A DNA stretch of 64,000 nucleotides from Bilabrum cf. latius (lineage: Eukaryota), in assembly GCA_965178125.1 (NCBI GenBank), contig OZ237743.1, positions 1,240,001-1,304,000 of the forward strand. The letters run 5' to 3'. Positions 24,801 to 37,947 of this stretch are shown here, one piece after another. The position numbers and the translations under genes are program-made. Under the pieces are notes generated by a model that was not told the DNA's origin, made no database searches, and saw only the letters and a list, made by a program, of their open reading frames with translations. Positions within the stretch are counted from its first letter, which is position 1. Every line of letters starts with the position of its first letter.

Positions 24801-25368
24801 GCCCCCGCCATCCCCCAAGGGGCCCCCAGGGGCAGCACCACCCAGCAAGGTGAAGAACAAGGTGAAGGGCAAGGCAGGCATGGGCCCGCCACCAGCTGGC
24901 AAGGCAAGCAAGGGGCTACCGCCAGCTGGAAAGCCGCCGAAAGGAGCCAAGGGCAGTGATAGTGGGAGCAAATCTCTGGCAGGGAAGAAAGACAATGTGC
25001 CTGGTCCGCCGTCTAGCCCGGGCCCGCCCAAGCCAAGCAAGGCACCACCGAGCAAGAAGAGCGCAGGCCCGCCCAAGCCAAGCAAGGCACCACCGAGCAA
25101 GAAGAGCGCAGGCCCGCCCAAGCCAAGCAAGGCACCACCGAGCAAGAAGAGCGCAGGCCCGCCCAAGCCAAGCAAGGCACCACCGAGCAAGAAGAGCGCA
25201 GGGCCCCCAAAATCGAAGCCACCAGGTGCAAGTCCCGGCGCAGGACCCCCCAAAGGCCCGCCCCCGGCTGGCAAGGCCTCCAAGGGCCCTCCAAAGGGGC
25301 CCCCAAAAGCGAAAAGCAAGGGTCCTCCCAAGAAGAAAGGCCCTCCTAAGAAGCCACCGCCGTCATGA
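18955..25368 (+). CDS. Very large (about 2,100 aa) low-complexity protein with coiled-coil segments, poly-AP and a Pro/Lys/Ser-rich repetitive C-terminus
   Basis: One frame from ATG 18955 to TGA 25366, broken only by TAG (19000, 19063, 20626, 21904, 22657, 22711, 22744, 23359). No catalytic domain recognised. Confidence 0.7.
23074..23335. repeat. Coding hexanucleotide microsatellites (GCACCT)n and (GCCCCA)n encoding poly-Ala-Pro
   Basis: Directly visible. Confidence 0.95.
24143..25200. repeat. Nested coding repeats: 18-nt units (PPSSKG), a near-identical about 295-nt duplication (about 24271-24565 and 24658-24952), and 45-nt x4 (GPPKPSKAPPSKKSA)
   Basis: Directly visible in DNA and translation. 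Confidence 0.9.
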
Positions 25369-25568
25369 TTGAACTCAATTGTTGTGTTATAAGTTACTGT
25401 ACTGTGGCAGCGACCACAACTTGAAGTTGTGCAAGTCTGCAGGTTTCATGAATTGCTGGTTCTCTCTCTCGAATCTGCACAGCAGGCTCGCTTGCACTCA
25501 GACTGATTTGTCTCTTCCATTGCAAGCAGCCCCAGACCAGGCCTCGCCACCGGTATTAAAATACACTC

Positions 25569-26321
25569 ATGGGTACGCACGGCCCCAACGCCCCCCCTAG
25601 TAGTAGCGAGGGGATCGCAGTAGCTATTGCAGCAGATGTTGGTGCCAGTCTATGCGACTGCATCACGGACGCGTGCATTTGCCCGGCATCCGCCATTTGC
25701 TGTTTATGGCCGTGTCTAATTGGCCAAATAGGTGCTGTGTCACGGCGATGGCCTCTTGGTGCTCCATCGCTTGGGTGGAGCATAGCTTTCACATCGTTCT
25801 TGCTTCTGCTCTTCTTAGTCCTCAGCTTTTCCGATTTTTACGTGGAAGAGGACGGAGATAAGACACTGGATAGGTTCATTGATATTATATGGCTTGTTCC
25901 AACCCTGGGTATCGTTGCCACAGTTTATCATTCGAGAATGCAAGCTCGAGACTTCCTAGGCCAGCAGCCGTAGCCTTGCGACCTGATCCAGGCATGCTGC
26001 TGCCCGTGCTGCGTGCTTGGCCAGACTGCGATTGAGCTCCACGTCGAAAATCCATACGCTTGCACTGATTTACGATAGACCGGTCGGCAGCAGCGTTCAA
26101 GCACAGCAGATGAGCTCCAGAGGGGCAGGCAGGACCAGCGAACACTGGAGCACCAGCTGCACAAGAATTCAAGCGGGTTAGAGCTGGTAGCGGTGCTGCC
26201 AGGGGACTGCTAGAGCAGTCTAGATGCATTGAAGTCGATGGAAGCAGGCTCGCGGGGTGCTTTCAGTAGCAGCGAGACGGCCTAGGACGGCGATTGCCAT
26301 GCTGATGGGGAGCCGGTGTGA
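25569..26321 (+). CDS. PLAC8-family Cys-rich membrane protein
   Basis: CCLWPCLIGQ, two hydrophobic helices, then QQP*PCDLIQACCCPCCVLGQ. The second PLAC8 motif lies after the TAG at 25971. Four TAG in total; ends TGA. Confidence 0.8.
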
Positions 26322-26991
26322 TGGCCCGACTGGCTCCACCCCTGCCAAGTCCTGGTCGCATGGCACGCAGAATTTCTGCCTTCGTGGACAACGTCCATGC
26401 CAGTAGCTTAGCAGAATCATCTTGTGGATTCTTGGGGGGCATCGTTTCGGTAATTTGATCCGACGAGTCACAAGTAGTCTCTGGCCCGGTGCCAGCCAGC
26501 CCCGCCAAGGTCCGGGGTCTCGGCGATGCCTGCCGGGCCTCACCGCGCCGCGCGCAGGAACAATAAGAATGGCTGCCTAATTTATATAGCTGTGCTTATT
26601 AGGCATCACGCGGCGCATTGGGACCATCTATGCCGCTGGCGCTGGCGATTCCGGCAGCTCACCCATCCGGGATTGTGAAGCGGGAAGGTAGAGTCGGCCT
26701 GCAACAACTTTTTTGCAGGTGGGTGCGTCGGTGCTGGCACGTTCGAGTGAATGCTAACTAGTGATGCGAGTCATCGTGCAAAGTACATTCTTGAAAAGCA
26801 CGGATTCAACATCAACAGCACGCACGCACAATAGATCCAGCCCCATCCGCCCGAAGACGATCACAGCACCTCCTCCCAAATCCTTCATGGATAGCCTCTC
26901 GTCTCTCCCGCAGTCCGCTTGCATCACCGGTCCTCCGGTCAGCAAGGCAACGCAGCTAGACGCGAAGCCCACCGAGTCGATGGGAGCCCTC

Positions 26992-28264
26992 TCACAGCTC
27001 CTGCAGGTGCTCCCCGATGTCCTCCGAGATGACGAACCGAGTGCCATCCTTGTCACCCCCCTTTCCCTTTCCCTGCCCCTGCCCCCCTTCCCTCGCCTCA
27101 TCCCTCTCCCTCCTCTCCCTCTCCTGCTCCCTCTGCCTCTGCCGCTTGGCCCTCTCCCACCGCAGCCCCAGGGGCTCCCTCCCGTCGGGGGTCCACGAGC
27201 TGATCCCGGTGAAGGCGCCTGAGCGCACTGCGAACCAGCTGGCCAGCACGATGATGACGAGTGCGATGAGGGGGAACAGCAGCTGGGTGCTGCGGCGGGA
27301 CGCCTCCGCCGCGTCCCTCTTCTTGTCCCCTTTCTTGGCCCTGCGGATGGCCTTGATCTGGTACTTGTCCAGCTTGGGGGCGGGCGGCTGCGAAGACGAA
27401 GACGAAGACTGCGGGGTCCCTGCCGGCCCTGCGTGCTTCTGCGACCCGGATTCGGATGATTTCGATTCCGAGTCATCCGCGGCCAGCTGCGCGTCGGCCG
27501 CGGCCCTCGCAAGCTTGCACACGGTGGGTCCGAGCCTCGCGCCGTCCTGGGTCGGTAGGGCAAGCAGGAGCCTTGTCCCCTCGGTTGTCTCCGCCCCTGG
27601 CTCCCCATTGAATGCAAATTCAGTGCGTCCGATCGCCTCGAACGCGGTGGAGGCGTACACGGATAGCGCTGCGGCGTTGTCGTCATCGGCTAGCGCTGTC
27701 AGCGCGACATCTCCACTAGCCTTGGCGTGCCTGCTCGCTTCCGCGATCAACCGGCGCAAAACATCCACCCATGACTTAAATGACTCGCCAGATGTTTCAG
27801 CCCCAGCTGCGGCCTTGCGTGTGTTCGTAGCGTCGGGGTCAACTGCGATTGCAACCACGTGGCACGCGGATGCTCGCTTCGACACGTTCTTTACGATGCC
27901 GTCTTTGGCGCCGTAGGCAAGCGCGAGGCCGCCTGCCTCAACTTTTTGCAGCAATATAGTCGCCATGATGGAGGGTGCTTCTCCTTTCGCACCGTCTTGC
28001 ATCGCAGCAAAACCCTGCACTGTTCCAAGCGGGGTTGCTCCAGGCGTAGTAGCAACGCTTGCATCCTTGTTTCGGATGCTCCGGAACACATCCTGCATGT
28101 GCAATCATATTTAAAATTCCAAACAAATTTGCGGTTCTGATGGATGGCGGCATCTGAACGAGGGCAGCCCGACTCACATCATGCTGCACGTCACCACAGC
28201 TCTCGAAGAACCACTTCAGCTCAGCTGCATCGGCAGGCTTGATTGCTCGGATGGTAGCACGCAT
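26992..28264 (-). CDS. GNAT-fold acetyltransferase-like protein with C-terminal transmembrane helix; 2 exons
   Basis: IRAIKPADA, HVVAIAVDP, DNAAALSVYASTAF, TM LLFPLIALVIIVLASWFAV. Phase-0 GT-AG intron 28177-28093. Confidence 0.6.
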
Positions 28265-28471
28265 GTGTAGTACCCGCGATGCGGCAGTATCAAATTTGCA
28301 CTAATGAGAGAAACCGTGGGGAAAAGTATCATCAAGTCGCCGTCATCATCACACTCGGCCAAAGACTCCGCCGGTCGATTGCCGCACTTTATTGGCTACA
28401 TCACCCTAGTTGCGGCAGGTGCGATACCTGAAACCTGTTTTGTTGGCGGTTTCACGCGAGTTTCCTCGAGC

Positions 28472-31400
28472 ATGTCCGCTGCACTTCGGCTTGCACCCCA
28501 GTGGACCGTATAGTAGGCAGATGTCGAGTCCTTGCCGCTCGGTGACTGCGTCCTGGATTGCTGCATCCCAGAAAAGCTCCTTGGCTCTGGATCCAATGGG
28601 GCAGTGGTGCAAGTGAAGCTTGACCTGGATTCGTTACGCATGTAGGAGCTTTCGGACGACCTGTTGGATGCCCTCTTCCCAGGGCAATCGAGACGTTTGA
28701 TTTTTGGATCCGGCAATGCTCGCTCGCACAAGGCCAGCGAGAGCGCTGTCTCGATGCAAGCTCAGGCTGCTGCTAATAGTTCTCAGCAGGAGCGAGTGCT
28801 GGCGCTGAAAGTGTCTAGCCACTACTGGTCCGAGGGCGCCCTGCAGCTGCTGGCCTGCGAGGACCGAGCGCTCCGAGCACTTGCGCCAGGGCCCTGCCAG
28901 CACTCCGTGCGATGCCTGTCCACGTTTCGAGCAAGTGTTCACTCGGTTTCCGCGCCCAAAGTTGCCGCAAGGCCGTCTTCCTCCGCGGCGGCAGCGCAAG
29001 CGGAGCACAGCGAAGATGAGCGCAGAGTAGCCGAGCAAGAGGAGCAAGAGGAGCAAGGCACTGGCACCGACTCTGACTCTGACGGAGAGTGGTCTCCCCC
29101 ATCCCTGGCCCGGGCGCTGGAGCACCTCCCCTCGTCCATGAAAGAGGAGATAGAGAGCAGGGCCAGCCCCCGCGCATTCACAGTCTGCTACCTCCTCGAG
29201 CTCCTCCCCGCCGCGATCGAGGACGTCAGGGCGGCGTATCCCGCCCCTGCGCCGTATCACCTGCTGTGGAGGTGGACCAGGGACCTCCTGAGGATGGACG
29301 CGGAGCACGCTGCGGCGGGTGTACTGCACTGCGACGTCAAGGCGGACAACGTGATGGTCGCGGTCGACGGGGCCCTCAAGGGGGTCGACTTTGGCATCAG
29401 CACAGTGGGGCCTCCGGTGGCGCTGCCTGCCAGGGAACAAGGAGGGGGCGCGCATACTAGAGTGCTCCAGATCGACTGGGCCGGACCGGAGCAAGTGGGT
29501 AGGGATTGTGGAACGGCAGAGCACCGCTCGTCACACGATGTCTCCCGCGTGCTGTCTCTGTCCATGTCGGAATCGGACCCGGGCGAGTTCCCAGTGCTGG
29601 TGAGCGAGCTGATCACGGCCCCGGAGGTCCTGAGGCAGCACGCTGTGGCGCAGGGGCTCTGGAGGCAGGCGGGCGCGGGGCAGGCACAGGGAGAGGGCGA
29701 GGGCGAGGGCGATGGTGTCGCCGCCGGCACCGGGAACGTCCTGGTGGATCCACGGGTGGATTACTCTCTGCAGAGCGAGTGGTCCGTGGGCATGCTCTCC
29801 TACGAGCTGGGTGCGCTGCTGAGCCCCTACCCCAGGTGGCCGAGGCGCATGCTGGGAGATGGGACCGGGCCGGCCTACCACGCGGGTCCAGGGAACAGCG
29901 CGGGCCCAGGGAACAGTGAGGGCGAGCCAGGCACCAGCCCTGGGGAGTACTGGCAGCCGCTGCGGTTGCCTGCACCCGGTGGCCCCGCCGCCGCAGCGCC
30001 CCACTTTGCTGATGTGCTGCGAGGACTCGTGGAGCCAGACCCGGGGCTGAGGCTGCGCGCTGCGGAGGCACTGCAGGTGCTGGAGCGGTGCCCGGAGGGC
30101 GTGCGACCCATGTCTGGTTGCGTTCGGTGGATCGGGAGCGCAAAGAGCGCGGCTGCGTCCTCCTCCTCTTCCACTGGGGAGCGGGAGCAGGCTCGCACGA
30201 TTCGCCGAGTGTCGTGCTTTGAGGCGTGGGCGGATCCCCGTGCGGCTCTGGTCGTGATGGGCGGGGCAGCGTCAGGGGTGCCAGGCGGTGGGAAGATTGA
30301 GGACAAGGGCAAGGTGAAAGGGGGAAAGCGGAGGAGAAAGAAATCCAAGTCAAAGAGGAGCACTGGGGGCGGCACGAGCGCGGCAAGCGAGCCCACCATG
30401 GGTCGATTGTGCGAGGACACCATGCTGCTCGTGCTGGACAACCCCTGGGGGGAGGTGGCTGCGGTGCTGGCCAACCGCCGGGACGCGCCGTGCGACGTGT
30501 GGGCCAGTGCCGCGGTGCCGGATTGGTTCCGCAGGCCGATCGCCACGAATGCTGACGTGGGATCGGATCGCGAGAACGATGCCGATGAAGCGAGTGTGCC
30601 ATGGGCCGAGTGGAGGCTGTTCGCGGGGGGCCTGGAGCTGGGCATGCGGAAGGCTGCGGGTGAGGGCGAGGATGAAGGCGACAGTGCAGAAGAAGGCAAG
30701 TCGCACGGTGGTGGTGACGATAGCGAGGGGGAGGGCGAGGCAGGCACGGGTGCATCCTGGGGGCTGGGGCTCGAGCAGGGGCAGGACGCGGCGCCGCATG
30801 CACGCATGAGCTGCGGTGAGCTGGCGGCCCTGGCGCCTGCCCCTGTGCTGGCCCCCTCGCCCACTGTGACGAGTGGAGGCAGCAACATCGATGCAACGAC
30901 TTTGACCACCCATCCAGAGGGTGGCTCAACCGGCGCGTCGGAGAACGCCACGGTGTTCGGGGCAGTGCGGGTGAGCGCGGCCCCGAGTGCTCCCAGGGCG
31001 GTGGCTGCATCGGCCGAGAGGTTGCTGCACCTGGGGAACCATTCGGCGGGGGCAAGGGGGTTCTTGGAGGGGCTGGCACCGGGGGGGGAAGGGGGGTTCT
31101 TGGAGGGGCTGGCACCGGGGGGGGAAGGGGGGTTCTTGGAGGGGCTGGCACCGGGGGGGGAAGGGGGGTTCTTGGAGGGGCTGGCACCGGGGGGGGAAGG
31201 GGGGTTCTTGGAGGGGCTGGCACCGGGGGGGGAAGGGGGGTTCTTGGAGGGGCTGGCACCGGGGGGAGAAGGGGGAGATGCCCCGGTGTCGGGCCGGAGG
31301 GGTGAGAAGGGCAGCGGGGCGTCTGGCACTGGCTGGAGGGACAGGGTGCTTCCGTTGCTCGAGCGGTCCAGGGCGACTGATGGTGCTGACCAAGGCGGTG

Positions 31401-34400
31401 GGAGTGCTGCTGTAGGTGGCGGCACATCTGGTGCGGCGGCGGGCGCGGGCATGGGTGTGGGCGTGGGTGGCCAGGTTGGGATGCCCCTAGGGCAGGGGCC
31501 TGTGCTGCGCGCTAGGGCAGGCCACCCTCGGCTGCTGTGTGCCTTCAGGTTGCAGGGGGGTGTTGGAACTGCGGGAGTCGACGAGGGTAGGGGCGGTGCA
31601 GACACATAGATGGGAGCGGCAGCCGGCTCATCCCCTCCTCCCGGCATGCTGGTACAGGGTGCTTCCGTTGCTGGTGCCGGTGCAGAGGCTGGTTCTGGGC
31701 TCGGGCGGTGGGGCGCGCGGCTGTACCCCTCTCTGCTGGGCTATGATCTAGACGTTGGGGCGCAGTCCAGGGAACAACGGTAGGATGGTGAGGATGCGGT
31801 GCCATCGTCATCATGTGCCCCGCTGGAGCCCGACGAGGACCCATCGCAGGGCGACTGGCGGGTGCAGGTGAGGGCGGTGCAGGGGCTGCAGGTGCTGGCA
31901 GCAAGGGCGCTGAACGATGAGCCGGATGATGACGACGATGATGATGACGACGATGATGATGACGATGACGACGGCGATGACGATGACGACGATGATGACG
32001 ACGACGACGAGTAGGAGGAGGACGAGGAGGAGGGTGAAGATGAAAGCGATGAGGGCGACGCGGAGGACGCTGCGAGCGGGGAAGGTGAAGACGAGGAGGA
32101 AGACGACGAATAGGAAGAGGGAAGGGGCGACGAATAGGAAGCAACCGAAGCCACAAGCGCTTCTGATGATGACGAGTGGAGCCAAGAGGGTGGAGAACAA
32201 GACGAGAGCAGCCTGGTGGCTGTGCCCCGGCACCGGCACGCCCTCCGCCCCAACGGCCCCGCCGGCGGCATGGCTGCATACCCGCTGCGGTCTGTGGGGT
32301 ACCTGACCTGCTACTGCCTGTCCTCTTTCGGCACCACGGAGCCTCTTGTCCTGGCCTCCTGCGTGCAGCTGCTGCGCGCGATCACGTGCACGGACGACCC
32401 GGCAGAGGCCGAGGCCCTGGCGTCACAGGGGGCCATCGACTGGGGCTGCCACGCGGTGCAGGTGATCCAGGCCGCAGACGGGGTCCGTCGGTGGGAGAGG
32501 GAGAAGCAGCGAGTGAGGGCTGCTGCGGAGAGGCGCGCGCTGGAGGCGGGGGTGGGGAAAGAGGTGGCGAAAGGCATCGCGGAAGGTGTCACTCTGGGAC
32601 TGACACCGGCCTTGGTGCTGGACGCCTCTCTCGTCGGCGATGCGGCTCTGGTTGCGACCAACTTGCTGCGGTTCCCTGGTCTGCAGGCGGCCGGTGCGGC
32701 GGGATGGCGCGCCTCTGCTGCGACTGTCCTGGCCGCATCCGCTCACCTGCTCAACCTGTGCGGGCGGCACGTGCAGCAGGAGCCAGAGTGGGCAGGGGGT
32801 GCGGGCGAGAGCGAGGGCGAGGGCGAGGGCGAATCCATCGATCTGAGGCTAGACCACGAGGGCGCGGAGGAGGTGCTACCCACCGCGATACGGCTGCTGA
32901 AGTACGGTGTGACGATTGCGGAGGCAGAAGCGGAGGCGGGGGTGGGCATAGCGGCGGAGGGTGGCCAGGGGCATGGGGCCAGCGGTGGCGGTGAGGACGC
33001 CGCGGCCCTGGCTGCTGCCCGGCTGGGCTGCATCGACGGTCTGTGCGCTGCCATGCGGGAGGTGCAGCAGGACCAGGGGCTGGTGGTGGATCTGCTGCAT
33101 CAGCTTTGCCTGCTGCTGGCGCAGCCCTCCGTGAGAGGGGTGGCCAAACCTGCCACCGCAGTGGATCTCGACAAGATCGGGCTTAGTGAAGTGGCGCCCT
33201 TCCTGCTTGCACGCGGACAGGGAAGGGGTGGGCAAGCGCAGGGGCAGGGTGATGACGGATGCTGGAGGTATGTGGAGTGCACGCGCCGCGTGGTGGCTGC
33301 CATGTCCGAGGACGGCGCGGCACGGCACGAGAGGCTGCAGACCCTGGGCTGCAACGCGATCCGGAACCTTGCTTGCGTGGAGGTTGAGGACGCAGACAGG
33401 GACGAGGTGGAGGATCCAGGGAACAACGAGGGAGACGGAGAAGTAAGTGGAGAAGCAACAGACAGTAGGTAGGGAGAGGAGGAGCCCCCACGTCTGCTTC
33501 GGGTCACCTCCGCCCAGCTGGTCGCCATGGCCGGCGGGGCTACTGCATGTGAGGCGGCCATGGAGCGGTTTCCAGAGAACACGTCCATTGGGGAGCACGG
33601 CAGGTGCGCGCTGTTCAACCTGGTGCTGCTCAGCACCACGGCGCAGCCCCGGATCCTAGGGTCGCTGCAGGGACTCAGCGCTTGGGCATCAGCTAGAGCG
33701 AGGGCGGGGCGCGATGGTCGGGCAATCACGAGTGGTGGTGGTGGTGGTGGTGCTGCCGGGGCTGGTGGAGCCACCGGTGCCCGCGCCGATGCCAAAGCTA
33801 GCGCCATGACAAGTGGCGGTGAGAAATCGTCGGAAGACAAAGGGGATGGGCTGTCCCTGGACCAGCGGCTGCTGCGGGAGGCCCTGGGGCAGGCCGAGGC
33901 AGCTGCCGCCGAGCATGCCCGCAGGGAACAGCCGAGAGGCAGGTCAAGCTCAATGCCGGTGACGCCCGCGGACCTTGCCCGCCGCAGGAGAAGGGGGCAG
34001 AGCATCCCGGTGCCCAGGCCCCCCGGGGCGATTGACATCCCTCGCAGGAGCTTGTGGCCCGTGGACGAAGGCCGTGCGGGGGATGGCGGGGAACACAAAG
34101 GTGGTGCAGCGTAGGGCGAACCGCTTGCTCCCAAGACACCGTTTGTGAAGCCGACCCCGAGGCTGGCTTCCCCTTCTGCCGCAGCCACCGCGCATGCCGC
34201 AGGGCCTTCCAGCGCGGGTCATCAGCGCGGGTCATCAGGAGGAAATGGTGGCGAGGTCGAGATGCAGTCCATGCCAATCAAGGGAGCTCGGAGGCTAGAC
34301 GAGGAGACGGGTGGCGACGCGGCTGGGTCGATCGCCTCCTCGCCCTCGCTCAAGACAGCCCCCTCCATGGCGGGTGATAGGCTGAGGGCGATGATGAGGG

Positions 34401-34888
34401 ACAGAGGGGCGATGCCGGCCTCCCCCGGGGAACAACAGGAGCAAGCAGGGACCGCCGGAGGGGCGCTGCAGGGCCAGGGTCGGCCCAAGCAGAAGTCGAT
34501 CATCGCACAAGACGAAGCTTAGCCAGAAGGAGCAGCCGGGTCAGAGGACGCGCCAAGGGGGACGAGAGGCTAGGTAGGGGTGGACAAACAGGCGCAGGGA
34601 TTGGACAAAGAGGTGCAGGGGCAGGAGAGGTCAAACCCGCTGCTTGGCGCGCATGGAAGCGACGTGCAGGTGGGGGCGCGCGTTGGGAATGCTGCGGATG
34701 GCACGGGCAGCCACTCTGGCGCGGCAGCTGGCAGGCGTGGGGTGCACGGCACTGCATCGGGGGCACAGTCGGAAGGGCAGGGTCAGGCCGGAGAAGGGTG
34801 CCCCTGGGACAGGGTGGCCTTGGGGACGGCGGTACTGTCCCTTGTCCTGCTGATTCTGTTTGTGCTTGCGATTGCTCGCGTGATTTGA
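28472..34888 (+). CDS. Protein kinase fused to an acidic tract, helical (ARM-like) region and C-terminal TM anchor, about 2,140 aa (12 in-frame TAG)
   Basis: LLGSGSNGAVVQVK (Gly loop, upstream of TAG 28643), LALKV, LHCDVKADNVMV, VDFG, TAPEVL, WSVGMLSYEL. C-terminus VALGTAVLSLVLLILFVLAIARVI, then TGA. Confidence 0.8.
31057..31272. repeat. Coding 36-nt tandem repeat x6 (GFLEGLAPGGEG)
   Basis: gggttcttggaggggctggcaccggggggggaaggg repeated contiguously with no spacers. Confidence 0.95.
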
Positions 34889-35181
34889 GCTGGCTCTGCT
34901 GCTAGTAGCTGGGCAGCAGTGCGCGGATGCCCGGTGGAATCATGCAAATAGGCAGAGTTGCCTTGAGCTGGCTCTGCAAGACAGACTAGACGGGGAGGCA
35001 CTGCAGACAAGAACGAATAAACTACTTTTAATGCAATGGTCCGAAGCTCAGTGATCCGGATAAGTATAACCCTCGTGCCCACTAATTACTACTAACACCC
35101 CGCAAGGGCACAAACCCCGTGCGCATGAACACCTCAGAGGTGCACAAACGCCGTGCTCTTCCCCAGCGATTCCCCTGTGGA

Positions 35182-36504
35182 TCATCTCCCGCCCTGTGGC
35201 GAGTCCCCAGCAATCCCCCTCAAGTTGGGAGACCCTTTGCCCCCTCCCGTCCGCAGCAGCGCGGCCCGCTACCGCCAGGGCCTCGCCCCTCCCGCGCGCA
35301 CACAGGCGGCGTATCTCGCCAGCCCCTGGTCCAGACACGGGGCTCCTCCTTCTGATCCAGTCGGCGCCACACGGCTCGGCGTATCCGCTATTGCTTGGCT
35401 GCCAGCGGATACGAATATGGATCGCATCGGCGACACTCGCATCGCTGCACCGCGGCTAAATGCACTATTGCCAGCTGGGCTTCGGTGGGCCGCAGTGTCC
35501 CCTGCCACAGCACGGGCATTTGCCTCGGGCACTTGCTCGCTTGCTCCTGTTCTTGCCCGGCCAACGCTGATGCTCGCCGACTGGATGGAGCGCCCGTGCT
35601 CGAGCACGGGTCGGTCTGCTAGCGTCAAATCATAATTACTTCTCAGCTGCGGGATGGAGCGCACGCCGGCACGCAGCGTGGACGGGGAGCGCAGGGGAGC
35701 GGGTTCATCCTCGAAGTAGCGCCGGCGGTGCCCCCTTGCCTCGGGTTGTTCCGCGGTCATGGTCCATCCCATGGTTGGCCCGGAAGCAATGCTCGCAAGC
35801 TCTCGAGAAGATGCACGATGCAATCTCTAGAATGTAGAATCTATCGTGTGTGTCCGCTTCAAGTTTCTCGTGCCTTCTCGTTGCGCTCGTCCACCTTTAG
35901 CTCGCATCGGGCTCCGAACCCCCCCGTCCGCCTTGAGGTCTTCGAGATTGAATCCCAACTTGCCCGATACCGAGTGAATAAATGGCTTTGAAGTTTTTTG
36001 GCTTAGCTGTTCGGATCGAGCCGGCGGCATTGCTGTTTGCTTCGGGTTCACGATGGACCGCCCGCTAATTTGGGCTGACGCTGTGCGCGCCGCGGTATAT
36101 TGGGAACCACCCGAATGTGTGGGCCACTTTTCAATATGAGAGTTTAGGCTACTTGTTCGGCTGCTTGTTTGTTCTACTGTCACTTCTTTTCCACCCAGCT
36201 GAGCTCGCTTGTCACTCTGCCTACGACTCGCCACGCCCCGACACCGAGGCACGTACAATTCCAAATCTCCTGTCAAAGCCATATCACGCAGAATTTCGGT
36301 TTCCGCTCTCTGTAAATACCGTGGCAATTCTGATCGCAGCTTGTGCAGTCCTCTGCGGCGCGATAGTTGTTCTATCCGTGAGCATTGTCGATTGGCACTC
36401 GTTGACGCATTCATACTCGCAAACTAAGAATCAGGCTCGATGTCTTCTGGGTGTAGTGGATCTGCTGCTACAAGGAAATTTTGCCGAAGTGCGGATCGGA
36501 GCAT
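35182..36504 (-). CDS. Hypothetical basic/disordered protein (3 in-frame TAG)
   Basis: Same-frame ORFs 35827-36414 and 35269-35823 joined by TAG, extended to ATG 36504 and TGA 35182. No domain recognised. Confidence 0.5.
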
Positions 36505-37218
36505 GATGGGATCTAGCACGTAAAAGTACACGTAACTAACCAATAGAGCGGAGCTTTGGCCTGAAAGGGTCGGGGGTCTTGTAGTCCTTTGTTTTAGGGC
36601 TCCTCTGGATCTCGGTGATCACCCAAACCCCCTCGGGGGCGACGGTGCATCTGGATGCTTACGGAATCTTTACCCAACAATGTATTTCTGTATTTCTGTA
36701 TTTCTGGAGCGCTCACCGGCAGTCAGTCGAAGCAGCGAATGATGCACCAATGGTACCAAGTAAGAACCGTTCCAACAATGCATCCGCCCACCATACCAGC
36801 CGTGTGCTCATACCGCAAACAGCAAACCCCCAGGCCTCCTCCAGCAAAGCCCAAGGCCACCCCGACGGACCCCGATGGGGACCCTACTACCCCCTGGGAT
36901 GTTGAATGGAGGAGGGCAACCACTGTCACTAAGTGGGGTAAACAAGTGCAGCCTTGAATGACGCAGTGCCGCCCCACCAAGCGAGCGCTCCTATACACTC
37001 GCATGCCGTCTCCAGTGCAGCTAATGAAGCGGCCAGCCGACTCACTTTGGAGAATATACGTACACTATATTGTAGCCACGCGCTGCATGGGTAAAGCAAG
37101 CGTTTGCTGCATGCATCCCTGCCGCAGGGACTATCCTCGGCACACGGATCGCTTTGGCGAATCCGAGCAGCCGATCGATCTATACATGAAAAAGATCACC
37201 ACTTTCTAGCCATTCACT

Positions 37219-37947
37219 TCATGTCTCTGTCCTTGCCCTCTTCTCCCCCGCCCCTTTCTCTTCACTCCCACCCTCCTTGGCCGCGGCCCTCGCCCGGGCC
37301 CTGGCCTCCTCGATCTCGGACCTGATCGCCTCCCCCCGCGCCCCGAAATCCGCCCTCACCATCGCGAGTGCCCTCCCCCGGTGGCTGATCGCGTCCTTAG
37401 CCCCCTTCTCCAGCTCTGCGTACGTCTTTCCCCCGCCCTCCTCCGGCTCGAATACAGCGTCCCACCCGAAATCGGGGGGTCCTCGCGGGGCCACGATCTT
37501 GCCACGCGTCTTGCCCTGGTACAGCTTGGGCTCGCACCCGGGGCCGGCGCAGAACGCGAAGTTGCAGAGAGCGGACGCTTTCTTATCTTCGTACGCCGCC
37601 AGCAGCTTGGGCAGGCCTTCTAGGCCCACTCCCTTGAGGAACCACTTGATGTAGGGGCCGGGGAGGCCGCCCAGGCTGTCGAAACAGAGCGACACGTCTT
37701 CCGTGATCACCGGCCCACCGGCCTTCTCGGCAGCCATGCGACACTTTTCGATTGCAACCTCCTCAGGAGTACCCTGCAGCTCAGGCATGTCGATGTCCTG
37801 GTTCAGCACCTCCGCTGGGAACGCCGTGTCGCCGGCGTTCAGGATCCGGGTGACTTCTTTCAGCTTGTTTGCATTCCCTGTGACAAAGGTGATGCTAAAG
37901 GGTGGGGGATCTCCAGATGCCGGGGCGCTGGACGCTACAGAAGCCAT
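37219..37947 (-). CDS. ITPA: Inosine triphosphate pyrophosphatase (HAM1 family)
   Basis: [43 protein letters not shown]. Ends TGA; the start could be 38034. Confidence 0.96.
   Translation of the reverse strand: MASVASSAPASGDPPPFSITFVTGNANKLKEVTRILNAGDTAFPAEVLNQDIDMPELQGTPEEVAIEKCRMAAEKAGGPVITEDVSLCFDSLGGLPGPYIKWFLKGVGLEGLPKLLAAYEDKKASALCNFAFCAGPGCEPKLYQGKTRGKIVAPRGPPDFGWDAVFEPEEGGGKTYAELEKGAKDAISHRGRALAMVRADFGARGEAIRSEIEEARARARAAAKEGGSEEKGAGEKRARTET

Noticed and set aside
31057-31272. 36-nt repeat (and the 30-nt repeat at 58676) as a CRISPR array
   Set aside because: Units are contiguous with no unique spacers, are in-frame coding repeats, and no cas genes are present.
36880-36935. Cys-TGA (PLGC-TGA-M) as a selenocysteine site
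   Set aside because: No recognisable selenoprotein family context or SECIS could be supported.
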